Source: Gnetum montanum
Taxonomy: Eukaryota > Plantae > Gnetophyta
Length of the DNA stretch: 64,000 nt
Direction of reading: 5' to 3'
NCBI GenBank assembly: GCA_015680685.1
Contig: MNCI01002011.1
Location: 570,470-634,469, forward strand
The translations under genes and the position numbers were made by a program. Shown here piece by piece: positions 1 through 13,886 of this stretch (the stretch's first letter is position 1; each line of letters begins with the position of its first letter). Below the pieces are notes generated by a model. It was not told the DNA's origin. It did not search any database and was given only the letters and a program-made list of their open reading frames with translations.

Positions 1-296
1 TGCTGCAAGGTTTATCCAATCAAGTTCGTCTTTATTGCCGTACACAACTTGGGTTCAGGTTACAAGCTGCTCGAATAAAGAGCCGTTCACTCTAGGACTC
101 CTACTGCAGGCACATGGGAAAAATTCTAACTCTGGAGTGATCAATCTGCCAGAGCTTCACTACTTCTAGCCAAGATTGGGAAATTAAGGGAGTGCCGTCT
201 CTTATTTATAGATATGGCGGCGGACCGCGATATCGCGTACGCGATATCGCAAGGGAAGATGCGATATCGCGGCTCAGTGCATGTCGCGTCTCATCA
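1..296 (-). mobile_element. Edge of a young gypsy-type LTR (element G), inserted into the integrase of element F
   Basis: Minus strand begins TGATGAG at 296, like the TGATGAAG starts of the C/E LTRs. A TATA-like ctataaataag lies on minus near 200-211. CpG is retained, unlike the rest of the window. From 297 the sequence switches abruptly to F integrase homologous to 33240-33360. Confidence 0.7.
225..272. repeat. Three copies of palindrome GCGATATCGC, two forming a perfect 24-bp palindrome (227-250)
   Basis: gcgatatcgcgtacgcgatatcgc at 227-250; third copy at 261-270; located upstream of the minus-strand TATA of LTR G. Confidence 0.95.
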
Positions 297-2559
297 GTTA
301 AGGTATAAGCTATTGATAGTGTATGGAGCTCAACTTGAATTGGAAGTAGTGGCAGTTTTCCGTACACAAGCTCATAGGGAGAGTAGATGATAGGAAGTTT
401 CCAAGTGAAGTGGTAGGCCTAAAGGGCATTGTTGAGTCTCATGCTTCAATCCCTCCTATATTTACTAATAGTTCTTGTTAGTATCTTTGTGATTTCCCTA
501 TTTGTAACCTTTGCTTCACCGTTGTCTTGGGGGTGGTAGGGTGTTAATTTATGTTCAACCCCAAGCATTGCATGAGTTTTTGAAAGGTAGTACCTGTAAA
601 GTGAGTTTCATTATCAGAAATAAGTGCATGTGGCACACCAAACCTATTTATAATATCTTTTTGTACAAATTGAACAGTTATAGAAGATGTGTAATTAGTG
701 ATAACTATAGCTTTTTTTCATTTTATATAATAGTTAACAACAACTATGATGTATACCTTTTCATTTGACATGGGTGTGATGGAACCCCTAAAGTCAATGC
801 TCCAAATGTCGAAGGGCTCAAGTGGTTGGATCCATTGTTGAGGTCTTTTCATACAAGCAGTCATTCCACCATCACATTGGCAATGTTCACAAGAGAGGAT
901 AAATTAGTGAGCATCCTTGAAGAGTGTTGGCCAATAATACTTGCCATGAGGATATTAATGGCCATGCATCTTCCATCATAGTGCCCCCCACAAGGATCCT
1001 CATGAGTGTCTTAGAGAACATGTAGTTGATCATCATCAGGAACACACCAACAAACCAAGCTATCAGTGCACACCTTGTAAAGGTTTCCATTGATTTCCAT
1101 GAAGCATTTTGCATGATGAAGAACCTGTTGTTTCTTTCTATGATCCCATTCTTGTGGCATCTCTTGAGTGAGAAGATAAGTGAGAATGAGATCATACAAT
1201 TTAGATTCATTAGGCATTTGTTTGGTTATAGCTTCATAAAGAGGAGTTCATCACAAAACCAATGTGAAAGTGGACTCCTCTTTATTGTCCCATCAAAATT
1301 AAGACAAGTGATCAGTAATAATGTTCTCAGTTTCTTTTTGATCTACCATCATAAGATCGAATTCCTACAAGATCACAAGCCACTATATAACATGGGGGAT
1401 CACCATTGGTTTGTTCACGAGGAATCAAATTACACTATGGTATGTGTGCACAAACACCTTGTATGAAAGCACATAGTGATTGAATTTTTCTAATGTGAAC
1501 ACCACCACCATCAATTCCTTCTTTGTTGTGGTATAGTTCAACTATGCATCCATAATGCTTCTACTCACACATTTGATGTAGTAAGGATGTTTCGGATCTT
1601 TCAATTGCATGAGCATGACTCCGAAGACATAATTTGATGCATCCATCATGATGTGAAAAGGTCTAGACTAGTCAAGTGTTCATAAATTGGATTTTCCATG
1701 AGCTTATGCTAGAGATGCTGGAATGCATACTTGCATTCCTTGGTCTAGACAAATGGAACATCCTTCTTTGTCAGCTTCAACAATGATTTAGCGATCTTAG
1801 AGAAATATTCAATGAATCATCGGTAGTAGCTAGTGTATCCAAGAAATGACCTCACATTTCTAACTATTTCTAGCTACGTAGTAATTCCTTGGATGGTCCT
1901 TATTTTTTTAGTGTATACACTAATCCATTTTTTAGAAATTTTGTATTCCAAACTAATGCCTTCTTGGACCATCAAGTGGCTTTTCTACTAGTTGAGCCTA
2001 AGGTTCCACATACTTTTTTAGCACTTACTCAAGATGGTCCATGGCTTGCTCAAATGTAGCCCCATAGGTGGAGAAGTCATCCATGAAGACTTCCATCCCA
2101 CTACTGATCTGCTATTGGATGATGCCTAGGAAAGGAATTGAAATGTAGTAGGGGCATTGCACTAGCCAAATGACATCTTTCTATATGCAAAAGTTCCTTA
2201 GGGACTTGTGAATGTTTTTTTGGCCTAATCCTTTGGTGCGATCTGAATTTGGTTATAGCCACTATAATTATCTAGAAAACTATAGTAGTAATGCCTAGAA
2301 ATGGTGTTCAACACCTAGTCCACAAATGGCAATGAAAAGTGAGCCTTGTAAGTTGTCATGTTCAATAGCCTAAAATTGATACAGGCACTATCACAAGTGG
2401 GCTAACCCACTTGCTATCCATAATGGGATAGATAAACCCTGGCTTAAGGAGTTTTTCAATCTCTTCTTTAATGTTGTACTTAAATTTGGGGTTTAACTAC
2501 CACTACGACTACCTCTTTGTCTTGATGAAAGAATTTATGTAGATGTGGTTCTGGCATAT
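297..2559 (-). pseudogene. pol: Degenerate Athila-like pol (RT-RNaseH-integrase), element F
   Basis: Minus-strand fragments read EEIEKLLKPGFIYPIMDSKWVSPL, FLDNYSGYNQI, VFMDDFS, FHIMMDASNYVFG and CEHCQ...EPFDIWSIDF. Nucleotide similarity to E pol (31243-33708). Many stops and frameshifts. Confidence 0.9.
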
Positions 2560-3475
2560 TGACAAGAAAAAATTTAGTGCTAGATACCTTTAATTTTTAT
2601 CTTTGTTTCTTTCATTATAGAAATTTTCACCTCATTTGTGACTAACCTGCGATTCATATCCCATGGTAGAATAGTTTAATGTCAAAATATCATCAAGACA
2701 TAAAACCAATGATTAGATCTAGATTCAATTGAGAACATCACACTTACGATTGTAACACATATGTAAAATCAACAATATTCATCTTAAATTCTAACATTAA
2801 GTTTAAAGATGAATATAATAAATTAAACCAAATTGAATTTAAATAAATTTGTGAGATATAAGGAAGCTTATAAAGGAGATGTCACCTAATTTGTGACCCT
2901 TCTTTGTTGTCTCTGCAGTGCAACAACTTCACAATCTTCAAACATTATTGGCTATGAATTGCCACAAAGCATCAAAACTCTTCACAATTTTGTGCTCAAA
3001 CAAAAATTCTAATCTAACGTAGTTCTCTCAATAGTATCCTCTCTCTATTTCTTCATGTCATTTTTTCTATTATTTATCCCCTCTATTGCATCTGGCCATG
3101 GAATTTATAAATACCGGGCTGGCACATGAGGAGCCACCACCTGTGTGTAATGGCCATGGAAATAATGTTTACTATAATGTCCACCACCACCAGTCATGAA
3201 AGTAATGTCCACCACCACCACTTGTTTAGGTAACATTCACTGTAATGTCCACTGATCATGTGGCAAAGAAACATGCAGTTCCCACCATCCATGTACAGGT
3301 AATGGCTAGGAACCATGCCTCATTACCCACGTAATGTCCAATTGTAGCGCCAACATCCAAGTTCTAGCTCCATTACTACCATAAATCTTCAATGCGCATT
3401 CTTATTATTACTATAAAAACAAAACTAGAAACTAGAAAACATAACACTAGTATAGATCAAGGAATTGATTCTTCA
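2560..3475 (-). repeat. Probable 3' LTR of Athila-like element D
   Basis: TG...CA ends with imperfect inverted termini (tgacaagaa / ttcttca). TATA-like tatttataaa on minus near 3103-3113 followed by purine-rich sequence. PPT-like atgtggtggtagt directly upstream on minus. Interrupts F RT at 2559. The partner LTR is not in the window. Confidence 0.6.
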
Positions 3476-4952
3476 ACTACCACCACATGGTTGCCCAACA
3501 ACAAAACCTACACCTTTGGTTCAAGTCTTTAGTACACAAAAACTAATANGCTCATTCCCTAAATTGATCTTGGCTTAGCTTCCAAGTTAGTTATACCCTA
3601 TTATCATCTCTTTTACTAATTGGTTATTCCCTTCCCCTAATTAAGCTAAGGTATGTAACATACCTAGGTTAATTAGCAAATATAAATTATTAAAAAGAGA
3701 TATGGTCAAAGGATATGCCAAAAGAAAAAGTTACCCTGGGTGTTACATATCCAAACTAAGAGGAAAGCAAAGGAAATGAGTGAATGAGTGTTAGCATCCA
3801 TCATTGGCTAGCATAGTAGGGATCTTGATCATTGACGCCTACGAAATACATGATGGAAAACACAAAGAAAACCCATGCACAAAAGTACCACTAGTCAAAG
3901 AGATAACCATGCAAGAGAAAATAGGTACATAACACAACAAAAATAAAAAAGAGGAATAGAAAATGGTAAAAACTAGGTAAAAACAAAAGCAAAAAGAATA
4001 ATAATCTAAGAAGTACAAAGAAACAAAAGAAAAATAACTAAACAATAGAGTAAAAAGAATGATTAAAAGAAACAGTGCCCATTAAGATATCGACTATGGA
4101 GGAGTCACTCCTTCACTGCCAGTGTTATACCCTAGTTGTAAGATAGTGGCACTTTGATTTGATTGGTAATTATTGTTTGTCCCTTAAACACTCTGCTTAC
4201 AGAAGGGGGTTCTTGTAAGATACTTAAAATTGTGAGCTTGAAGCATTGCGTCAACTGTAAGGTTCTTTTGGGAGTGGGGCTCAGCTCATGATTGAAGGTT
4301 CTTATGGGGTCATTTTTTTCTCTTTTTTTATTTTTATTTTTTGATTTTTTTCTTTTCTTTTTTTCTTTTTCTTTTCTCTTTTTTTTTTCACAAGAAAGTT
4401 AATAGTTGATCAACTCCAACCATGAGGTTCTTGTGGGAGCCAATTTCATTTTTTAAAGGTTACTCACATGGCTTGATATTGATAGATGCCTTTTGCTATT
4501 GAAGAAACTAGGTCCAATATAACACACCCTTTCCACCTACTCATCCAATTAGGTATTTAATAGAAACCAAACACTAATAAGCATAACCCTAAACTAAGCT
4601 ATATAGCCACCTTGACTTATGAAACTTGTACTTAAAGAATAATGTTGAAAAATAATAAAGTTTATTATGTGTATGACACTTATTAATCTAAGGCTCATCC
4701 TTAGTTAGATTTTTGGTTTAAACCTACTTATCTCAAGGTAGGAGGAGTTGTCCTTCTCCCTTGCATTCTAGACATGATGCTACCAAATTCTATATAGTTC
4801 CAACTAACAATAGAATTTCCTATTGCCCTCTACATTTTTCAAGGTAAAAGTTTTAGATAGTAAATACTAATTTATAGTTTATTCTATGACATAAGAGTCT
4901 TGTTGATGATTTTTTTAAGAGCTAAGACTTCTAACGGATTTTTGTTATGTAA

Positions 4953-7019
4953 TTAATTAGTTATGGGATAAGTTGGGTCACTGAGCTCTACAAGTTCATC
5001 TAATCTAGGTTCCTCAATGTGATGTTGATCATATAACTTAAATCTTTGTTCATTTACTAAGAATGTACTTGAGGAATCATCAATAAGTGATATGAGAATG
5101 CTTCCATTATCATGGGGTTGGATAACTAAATAAGGGCCTTTCCACTTGGTTGTTAACTTTCCTATAAATTTATGTAATCTCATATTGTAGAGAAGAAATT
5201 TATCACCTATGGAAAAGTATTTTTTAAAGATATTCTTATTATGTAATGTCTTCATTTGTTTCTTTATAATTTTTTGTTTGTATAGAGCATGTAGCCACAT
5301 TTTGTTAAGTTCATGAAGTTGGTCGATTTGAATATCCTAATTCATGTCTTCATCAAAATTGAGTTGTTGGGCTAACCGTAAAGATTGATATTTATGTTCA
5401 ATAGGTAATAGACATAACTTACCAAAAACCAATTGATAGGGTGAATATCCTAAACTTGGTTTATAGGTAATTTGATAAGCCCAAAGTGTATCTTGCAATT
5501 TTTTAGACCAATCCTTTTCTTTAGTACATACAATTTTTGTTAATATATTCAAGATAATTCTATTAACATTATCTACTTGGCCATTTGTTTGAGGATGATA
5601 GGTAGTTGCTATTTTATGTTGGATACCATAAGACTTAAAATTTTTTTCCATGATTTTATTGACAAAATGGATTCCTTGATCATTAATGATCACTTGTTGA
5701 GTTCCAAAATGTGTTAAAATATTTTCTCTAAGGAATGCTACAAAAACCTTAACATCATTTGTTGGGGTGAATTTTGCTTCTATCCATTTTGTGATATAGT
5801 TGATACAAACCAAAATGTATTGACATCCATTAGATGGTGGAAATGGTCATAAAAAGTCTATACCCCATACATAAAATGGTTCTATTATTAAAATTTCTTT
5901 TAAAGGCATTTCATGTATTTTTGTTATGGCTTCCATTCGTTGACATTTATCACATTCTTGCACATGCTTATGTTCATCTTTTAAAATTGAGGGTCAATAA
6001 AATCCACTTTGAAGGATTTTAATAGCGGTACGTTTGCTATCAAAGTGGCCGCTCCCTAAATCATCATGGCACATTTATTCTTAGCCACACATCTCCTTGC
6101 TATATTATCCTTATAGATTTGATAGAGATATGGACTACTCTAGATGTACCTAGATATGGTGCGTAATAAAGATTTCTTTTCTTCCTTAGTCCAATTGGTA
6201 GGGGTGTTCATAGTGGCTAGATAGTTGGCTATATCAGCAAACCAAGGATCCTTTCTTATAGAAAAAATTTGTTCATCAGGAAATTTATCATGAAAGACTC
6301 CTTGTTTTCGATTCTCATCAGTAGTTTCTAGCCTTGAAAGATTATCTGCTACTACATTTCCTTTTCCTCTTTTATCTAAAACATGTAGGTCAAATTCTTG
6401 GAGTAATAACCACCACCTAATTATTCTAGCATTTTCTATTTTTTTGGTGGTTAAAAATTTTAGGGTTGAATGATCAATATATAATCTAGTTTTATATCTT
6501 ATTAAATAATGTCTAAATTTATCTAAAGTATATACAATAGCTAATAATTTTTTTTCTATAGTTGTATAGTTTACTTGGGCTCAGTCTAAACTTTTGGGCA
6601 CATAATAAATCACTCATGGTTTATGATCAATGTATTGTTCTAAAATTACCCCTATTGCTATGTCACCAGTGTTACATTAGATCAAAAGGATAATCCTATG
6701 GTTACTCATTTTTTCAATTCCAAGAATGCTTCTTAATAGTCATTAGTCCAAATAAATGAAACATCTTTTTTTAAGAGCATGTATAATGGTTTAGCAATTT
6801 TTGAAAAGTCTTTGATAAACCTTCTATAATACCTAGCATGTACTAGAAAAGATTAAAAAATCTTTAAATTACTTAGAGCTAAAAGTGTAGATATGACTCT
6901 TATTTTCTCATCATCCATTCGTATCCCATCTTTAGAAATAACATGTCCTAACACTATGCCATTTGTAATCATCAAGTGACTCTTTTCTCAACTTAATTTT
7001 AAATTTTTATCAATACATT
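4953..7019 (-). pseudogene. pol: D pol: RT C-terminus, RNaseH and integrase
   Basis: ORFs 5337-5813 (YITKWIEA...INDQGIHF...YHPQTNGQ) and 4953-5300 (GKLTTKWKGPY); RNaseH motifs YTTIEKKLLAIVY and LLLQEFDL. Confidence 0.92.
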
Positions 7020-7129
7020 TGATGAAGCATCAAAGTGTCACATCGATGGGCCCTGTCAATGGGGTTCCATTTACGTGGTGTTGCCTAGTTAACATAGTGT
7101 TTGTTGCATCTACGGGGCTCCATCGATGT
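7020..7129 (+). repeat. C 5' LTR, first fragment (cut by insertion of A)
   Basis: Aligns to 28375-28500. Confidence 0.85.
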
Positions 7130-8435
7130 TGTAGTGACTGAAAATGTCAATGGTTGGAATGGAACACTGAGAGGTTCATGGGTGCACAACTTTAAACCCA
7201 AATCCATGTGAGGGACTATTGGAGGTAGAGACAGGGTGCCTAGTACAGTCTTGTCAATGGAATGGGGACTTATGAAATGCAATGCCAAAATGGCACTAAG
7301 TGTTTGTGTGGTGTTCACGGTGTTAATAGGGGTGAGTGTAGTCTAGGTTGGTGCAAAACGCAGGTGTCAATGTGTGGTTATGAGTGAAAATAATAAAAAA
7401 TATAAGTGAAATTCCAAAATGCAAGTAAAAATGCTGAAAAATCCAGAGGGAGAGAGCAAGAGAGAAAGCAACACCTCCCCAAATGGGGTTGAACATACAT
7501 AACCTCAAAAAGGGCGAGAAGGTAAATGGTGTATAGTAGGTGTAGTGGATAGCGTAGTCACAGTCTTGGGGTGTCTGGGCTGTGAAAATTAACATCCATT
7601 GTGGTGTCTGTGCTTGCTAGGTTAGCTATTGTAGTGTGTAGTGGACCACAGTGGTCTGTGGTTTTCTATGGTGGTACTCGAATGCCTTGCCTTGTTGAGA
7701 TGCTAAAGATGCAAACCAAAATGCCAAAAATGCCAAGCTCATTTTAGATTTTTTGACCCCTAAAACATAGAAGGATGGGGTATTTATAGGCCTAGGTTTC
7801 TTGTGAAATGCAGAACAACTATCACATGGTTGTTGGACGATTGGAACTATGCTACACCCAACTACACTCTCCACTAAAGTAAGCAGTGTTGTGCTCTAGT
7901 GTGCTCTAATGGACTCTACAAGATTGCTAAACTATGACTACACTACTAACTACATGTATGTGTGCCAAAAATACCACAATGTATTTAAAAAATGCACAAA
8001 ATAAAAATAAAAATAAAAATAAAATGCAACTTTGGAAACTAGAGTTCAAGACTATGCTGTCCACTATCTCAAGTGGTGTTGAGTGTAGTTGCAATTTTGG
8101 ACTAAAAAATCTACAGCTGCTAGCTTAACACTTAGAAAAATTTGTAGACTAGCATTCCATGTTGACTATGCTCTCTACTAAGCTGACTACACTCCCGAGT
8201 AGTAGAGAGCATAGTCCCAACACTTAGAAAAATTTGCAACTTCTTGCTTCCTAATGACACTTAGGAAAAATTATAGAAAAATCAGTCTTTGGAGTTAACT
8301 ACACTCCTCCACTAGCTGACTATGCTCTGGGGTAGTGGAGAGCGTAGTCCCAACACTTAGAAAAAATTTGTCTCATGTTGACACTTAGAAAAATTTGCAG
8401 TCAAGAAGCTGTTACCCAAATTTGGTAGTGTTTCA
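7130..8435 (-). repeat. A 3' LTR (1306 bp)
   Basis: On minus it starts tgaaacac (as B's LTRs do) and ends ctaca. 7130-7790 aligns to 22821-23496. PPT-like aaacagaggctaa at 8436-8448. Confidence 0.9.
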
Positions 8436-9419
8436 TTAGCCTCTGTTTGTTGACGTCTAGAGGAGTGGCTTGAGAGATATTGATAAAGAACTACAAAACA
8501 CCATAGCTAGCTTAGCACCAACATCACTCTTTAGTACCTAATTGAATGTGGCTGTACCATGCTTAAGAGTGCTATGGATGGTGGTATACTTGGAGTAAAT
8601 GGTGTAGGTAATGTGCTAGGGGATAAAAGGGGAAATTAAATGCAAACAAGGGATCATGATATAGGGGGTCATGATGTAGGGTGCAAAGTTAGCACAACTG
8701 ATGGTGATCATGGCACCAAGGTGGCTTGCCTCTAAAAAATGTTGACCTCTCATTGAAGTGCTCATGAGAGAGTTAAGGTGGATTTAGGGCGTGACTAGTT
8801 TTGAAATTGTAGTTCTATTGATTTGCTTGGGGACATGCTTTTTCCCCTTTGCTCTTTTTATTCTTTTTTGTTTCCTTTTTCCTTTTTTGCTATAAGTTGA
8901 ACCTTCTTTAGGTTCTACGCTTTGGTAAATGCTAACTATGGGATGCCTTCCACCAAGGGGACTATGTGCCATTGTATGGGCTTTTCTCTAATGCATGCAA
9001 AACTACGTCACATCTGTGGGATAGGTGTTTCCTTCCAAGGATGACTTATGTTATATCCACCTGGGCTTTGACCAGCCAACAGAGGCTCTCCACGGGACAA
9101 CTTTTGTTATGTCTACCTTGGGTTTTATGATTTGGATTATGAGAGGATGCCATGTGGTCATGGGGGCTTGTAGTATTAACTATGCAAGGAAAAGAAAGGA
9201 TATGGGGATATTAAAATGGGTGTAGGCTATAACGGGGTAATAGGGATGTGCACTCTTGAGAGGCTCAACTAGTCCAATCATGCACATCAGAGCAATGTGG
9301 CAACTTTCCGCTACGATGAGATGTGCCTTTGCATGATGACCTGAGACTTTATCCTACAAACATAACTCCATGAGGATAAGAATATCACAAAACATGAAAT
9401 GTGAATAAAATTCTAGGGG

Positions 9420-9785
9420 TGATAATGCTATGAATGCTCCAAAGGCCAAGCTAGTGGCAAGTGCTCAAAGAGCTAGGAGAATGGTGGGAGGCAATGATGC
9501 TGTAGGTGCTTGAGAGGTCAAAGTGATGATGAGCTTGAAAAATTAGCAAAATGGCAAGGGGCCATAATGTTGCAAGTGCTCCAAAGGCTATGCTAGTGAC
9601 AAGAGCTCAAAAAATCAACAAAATGGTAGGGGACCATAATGTTGCAAATGCTCCCAAGGTTGAGCAATGACAAGAGCCCAAAAAAATCAACAAAATTCTA
9701 GGGTGGGGGGGGGGGGGGGGGGGGGGAAAGGGGGAGGGAATGCCATAATGCTACAAGTGATTGAAAGGCCAAGCTGATGGCTTGT
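9420..9785. repeat. Degenerate tandem repeats in A 3' non-coding region, including a G22 run (9705-9726)
   Basis: Recurring ataatg(c/t)tgcaagtgctc..aaggccaagct..tgacaagagctcaa units. Confidence 0.7.
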
Positions 9786-9959
9786 TCTCCATTTTGGTAC
9801 TACTATATCCCTGCTTGCATGATGTAGAAAAGTTGGGGTGGAAGGAGTTGAAATTATTCTCATTTTCTTGGTTGTGGAACTATGTGTGATTGATGGAAAA
9901 CCTAGTTTAAGGTCTTGGTAGACCATGGTGTGCTAGTTCATAGTCATAGTAGATTACTC

Positions 9960-10360
9960 CATGTGAATTTAATGTCATAGCAGATGAGCTGTTATGTTAG
10001 TTTAATGTCATGAACTAAGGACGAGCTATGCCAATTTAGTGTTGTGGCAGATGAATGTTATGCTAGTTTAACATCATAGTAGAAGAGCTATGCCAGTTTA
10101 ATGTCATAGTGGATAGATGTTATGCCAGTTTAGCATTGTGGTAGACAAGAGGTTTGGGTGCCAATTTAACATCATAGCAAATGAGCTATGCCAATTTAAT
10201 GTTATAGCGGACGTGTGCTATGCCAGTTTAACGTTGTAGTGGATGATCTGTGCCAGTTTATAGTCATAGAAAACTTATTGTGCCAGTTTATAGTCATAGA
10301 AGACTTACTGTGCCAATTTATAGTCATAACAGACTATTTTGCCAGTTTAACATCATAGAA
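9960..10360 (-). repeat. ~29-31 bp tandem array with TAAACTGGCA core, downstream of A integrase
   Basis: Repeated (g/a)tgccagttta(a/t)..tcatag; near-perfect 30-mers at 10250-10350. Confidence 0.85.
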
Positions 10361-10397
10361 AATGAATGCTTACCTTGTTCCGTTGATGTATGGCATG

Positions 10398-13300
10398 CTA
10401 AGCATAGTATAGCTTCAAGTATGAATGGTTTACCAGATTTGAAAATTCATTACTATCTTGATCTGTAAGATTGAATGCTCCATTATCATATGCCTTAGTG
10501 ACTAAGAAAGGCCCTTTCCAATTAGTTGAAAATTTATCTATGAGTTCACGAATGGCCTTAAGGACTAGGTCCCCTTTCTTGATTGGGCGTTGATGTTGGT
10601 TGTGACTATGCTTTTTCCTTTGCTTTTCTTGGTACCATTCGATGTGATCAAGAATTTGCATGTGCTCCTCCTCTATTAAGTCAAAGTCTACAATCCTCAA
10701 CTTATCATTTTGAGCTTCATCGATGAAGTTTGAGAGGATTACTTAGAGCGATGGAACCTACAATTCAAGAGGCAAAATTGCTTCAAATCCATAGACAAGA
10801 TTGTAAGGTGTCTTACCTATTGCCATTTGTTGTGTTGTATGGTAGGACCATAGTGCATAGACTAATTGCTCATGCCATCGTCGTTTGTTGTTATTTAGCA
10901 TATTCTTTAGAAGGTTGATGATGAATTTAGTTGTGGCCTCTACTTGGCCATTTGCCTGCGGGTAGTATAGTAACAAGAAGGAATGTATGATACTACATGC
11001 TCACAAAAGGCTTTAGTTTTAGTACTACTAAATTATGACCCGTTGTTTGTTACTATGGTCATGGGTAAGTCAAAATGAGTCATTATGTTATCAAGAATAA
11101 ATTTGCAAACCTATTGCAATGTTGTCTTCCTAAGAGGAATAGCCTAAATCGACTTCATAAAATATTTAGTTACAAATATGATGAAGCTATGCCTTGTGGA
11201 GGACTTAGGCATTATAGGTCCAACAATGTCCAATCACCAATGCTGGAATGACAATGTGATCTATGTTGTGTGTAGTTCAATCGATGGCACATGCATTAAG
11301 TTTCCATGCCATTGACACATGTCACATGTTTTGGCCTTGGAGATGCAATCTTGCTTCATGTAAGGCCAATAATAGCCCAAGAATATGATCTTTATTACCA
11401 TTATTCTAGGTGTATGTGACCTCCACATAGTCCCTCATGGACTTGTTCAATAATTGTTTGTGCTTCACTATTGCTCATGCAAGTTAGTAGTATGCCATCA
11501 TAGGATCTACGACATAATGTGTTATTTACCATGATGATGTACTACTGTGAATGTTTATGTATTGCATCTTTTTGAGTGGTAGTTAAGTGTTGCATAGGCT
11601 CATCCTGTAGAAGATATGCCTTAATGTCATTGTACCACTCTTTTGCATGGGTCATGCTAACTATGGTTATGGATGTAATGTTAATGATTTGCATGATAGG
11701 CACAATGCAATCCACCATTGAGGTGGAAAATGCATGGAACATTTTAGGTGTGATGCTTAAGGCTAATGTAGCTAGCACATCAGCTATGGAATTCTTGTTT
11801 TGGGGAATGTATTGGACATTGGCTATTGCAAAGTGCTCAAGAAAGTGCTTTGCCAAGTCACGGTAAGGTTGTAGATGTTGGGCCTTGTAGGTGTAAACCT
11901 TCATTACTTGGTTGAAAACTAACTGTGAGTTGCCTTGGATCACTAGGTGTTGAATTCCTAGGTCACATGCTACAAGAACACCTCTAAGGATACCTTTGTA
12001 CTTGGCCACATCATTGGTGTAAGGGAATGCAAAATGATATGTGAAGGTTTAGATATCCCTAGAGGGAAACATGATAATGATAGTGGTGCTACCCCCTTGA
12101 GAGGTTGAAGCACCATCCAAATGTAGGAGTGCCTCATATTTGTCAAGCACTTGACTAATGTTGCTAATGTGCTCATCTGGGAGTTCTAGATCTATTGTTG
12201 CTTGATCGTTCATTGGCGAAATCATAAGTTGTGCAGCTATAGCTTGACCTTTTGTCAAGGCTTGCACAATGTAATGTAGGTCAAACTCTATAGTTACCAC
12301 TTTACATCATGCAATATGATTGCTTTCATAGATATTCATTATAATTACTCAGAGTACTTTATTTTTGCAAATGATATTAACTTGATTGCAAAAAAGGTAA
12401 TGCCTTCACTTCTTGAGTGAGAAGACTAAGGCAAGGCAGTACTTTTCCACATCATTGTATTTTGCTTTGTGGGATACTAATGCGTGGCTTAAGTAGTACA
12501 CTTGGACCTTTGTGCCATCATCTTACCTTTGGCAAAGCAGAGAAGTAATGGACATTTCAAAAGTGGTAAGGTAGATGTAAAATGGTTGATCTCCTTATGG
12601 AGGATGAACTATAGGAAGTTGTGCCAACTCTTGCTTAAGATTGTTGAATGCCTATTGGCATTGAGCTGTCCACTCAAAGTGGGCTCCTTTCTTGAGTAGA
12701 TGTTGCATTAGCTATAACTTATTGGTTTATCGTGCAATAAACCTACATATAAACTACAATCTACCTTGTAACCATCACAACTCCTTAAGGTTGGTTGAGG
12801 ATGCTAAGTTTGTTATGACCTTAACCTTATCAAGGTCTATGCATATTTCTAATTCAAATACTATGAAATTGAGCATTCGACCCATTCTAATGCCGAAAAC
12901 ACATTTCTTGGGGTTTAACCTAAGATAGTGTTTTAAGTAACATTTAAGCATTGTGTCTAGATCATTTGCATGGTCATGAGCCACTTTGGACTTAACCACT
13001 ATGTCATTGACATAATCGTTAAGAAAACTTAACATGTAATTTCTAAAGATGTATGTCATTACATACTAATATGTTGCTCCTGTGTTCTTAAGTCTGAAGG
13101 ACATCATGGGGTAATAAAATGTATCATAGGGAGTCATAAAGGTCATGCTGAGTTGGTGCTTAGGGTTGATCCTAATTTGGTTGTAACTCGAGAATTCATC
13201 CATGAAGGATAACAAGGCATGACCAGCCATGGTATTGACCAATTGATCAATACTAGGCAAGGGGAAGTCATCTTTAATAGTTACCTTGTTTAGGTCCTAG

Positions 13301-13886
13301 AAGTCTATGCAAATGCGTATAATTCTATTTTCCTTGGGACCAACTATGATGTTGAAGACCGAGTCTACATAGTCAATAGCTCAGATGAAACCAACTTTGT
13401 AAAGCATGGTGATTTCATCACAGATAGCTAACGCCACCTCAGGATGAACCTTGCATGCTTTTTGCTTTACTAGCTTGATGCAGGGATCAAGGATGATATT
13501 TTGCTAGACTAGCTAAGGATCTAGGCTTGGAATGTCCTCATATGACCATGCAAATGCCTTAATGTTATTGTTTAGCACCTTAGTGAGTTTTTGGGCATGT
13601 TGGGAATCTAATGAGGAGCTCAATTTTAGTGTTTTCACCTCGCCATTAGGTGTTGTTATAGGGATATCAACAAGGGGATCCTCTGTGACATCCCTTGCCT
13701 CTAGATTAAGAGCCTTAACTAGATGGTTGGGCCAGTCTAGTGGTATCTCTACTGATGCTATGTATTTGTTGTAAGCTGTAAGCTTAAAGTCTAGGCAATG
13801 TGGGCCAATGCATTGCTTGATTTCACCATGAGGCCTGGTGAGAACTAGAGGTGAGAGAAGTTGCTTTTGCATAGCCAGGTTGTATT
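10398..13886 (-). pseudogene. pol: A pol: RT, RNaseH, additional archaeal-type RNaseH, integrase
   Basis: AFAWSYEDIPSLDP, LLSFMDEFSSYNQI, YVNDIVVKS, LHLDGAS...AKYKGILRG...IQGNSQLV...NSIADVLA, YYPQANGQVEAT, NWKGPFLV. Confidence 0.94.

Noticed and set aside
511-1466. Plus-strand ORFs 511-768 and 1026-1466, and similar short opposite-strand ORFs throughout
   Set aside because: Shadow frames of degenerate pol/gag or low-complexity T/A-rich tracts with no recognisable domains.
3549-3549. Single ambiguous base n
   Set aside because: Assembly ambiguity with no biological signal.
9687-9926. Poly-proline ORF
   Set aside because: Artefact of the G homopolymer read on the minus strand.
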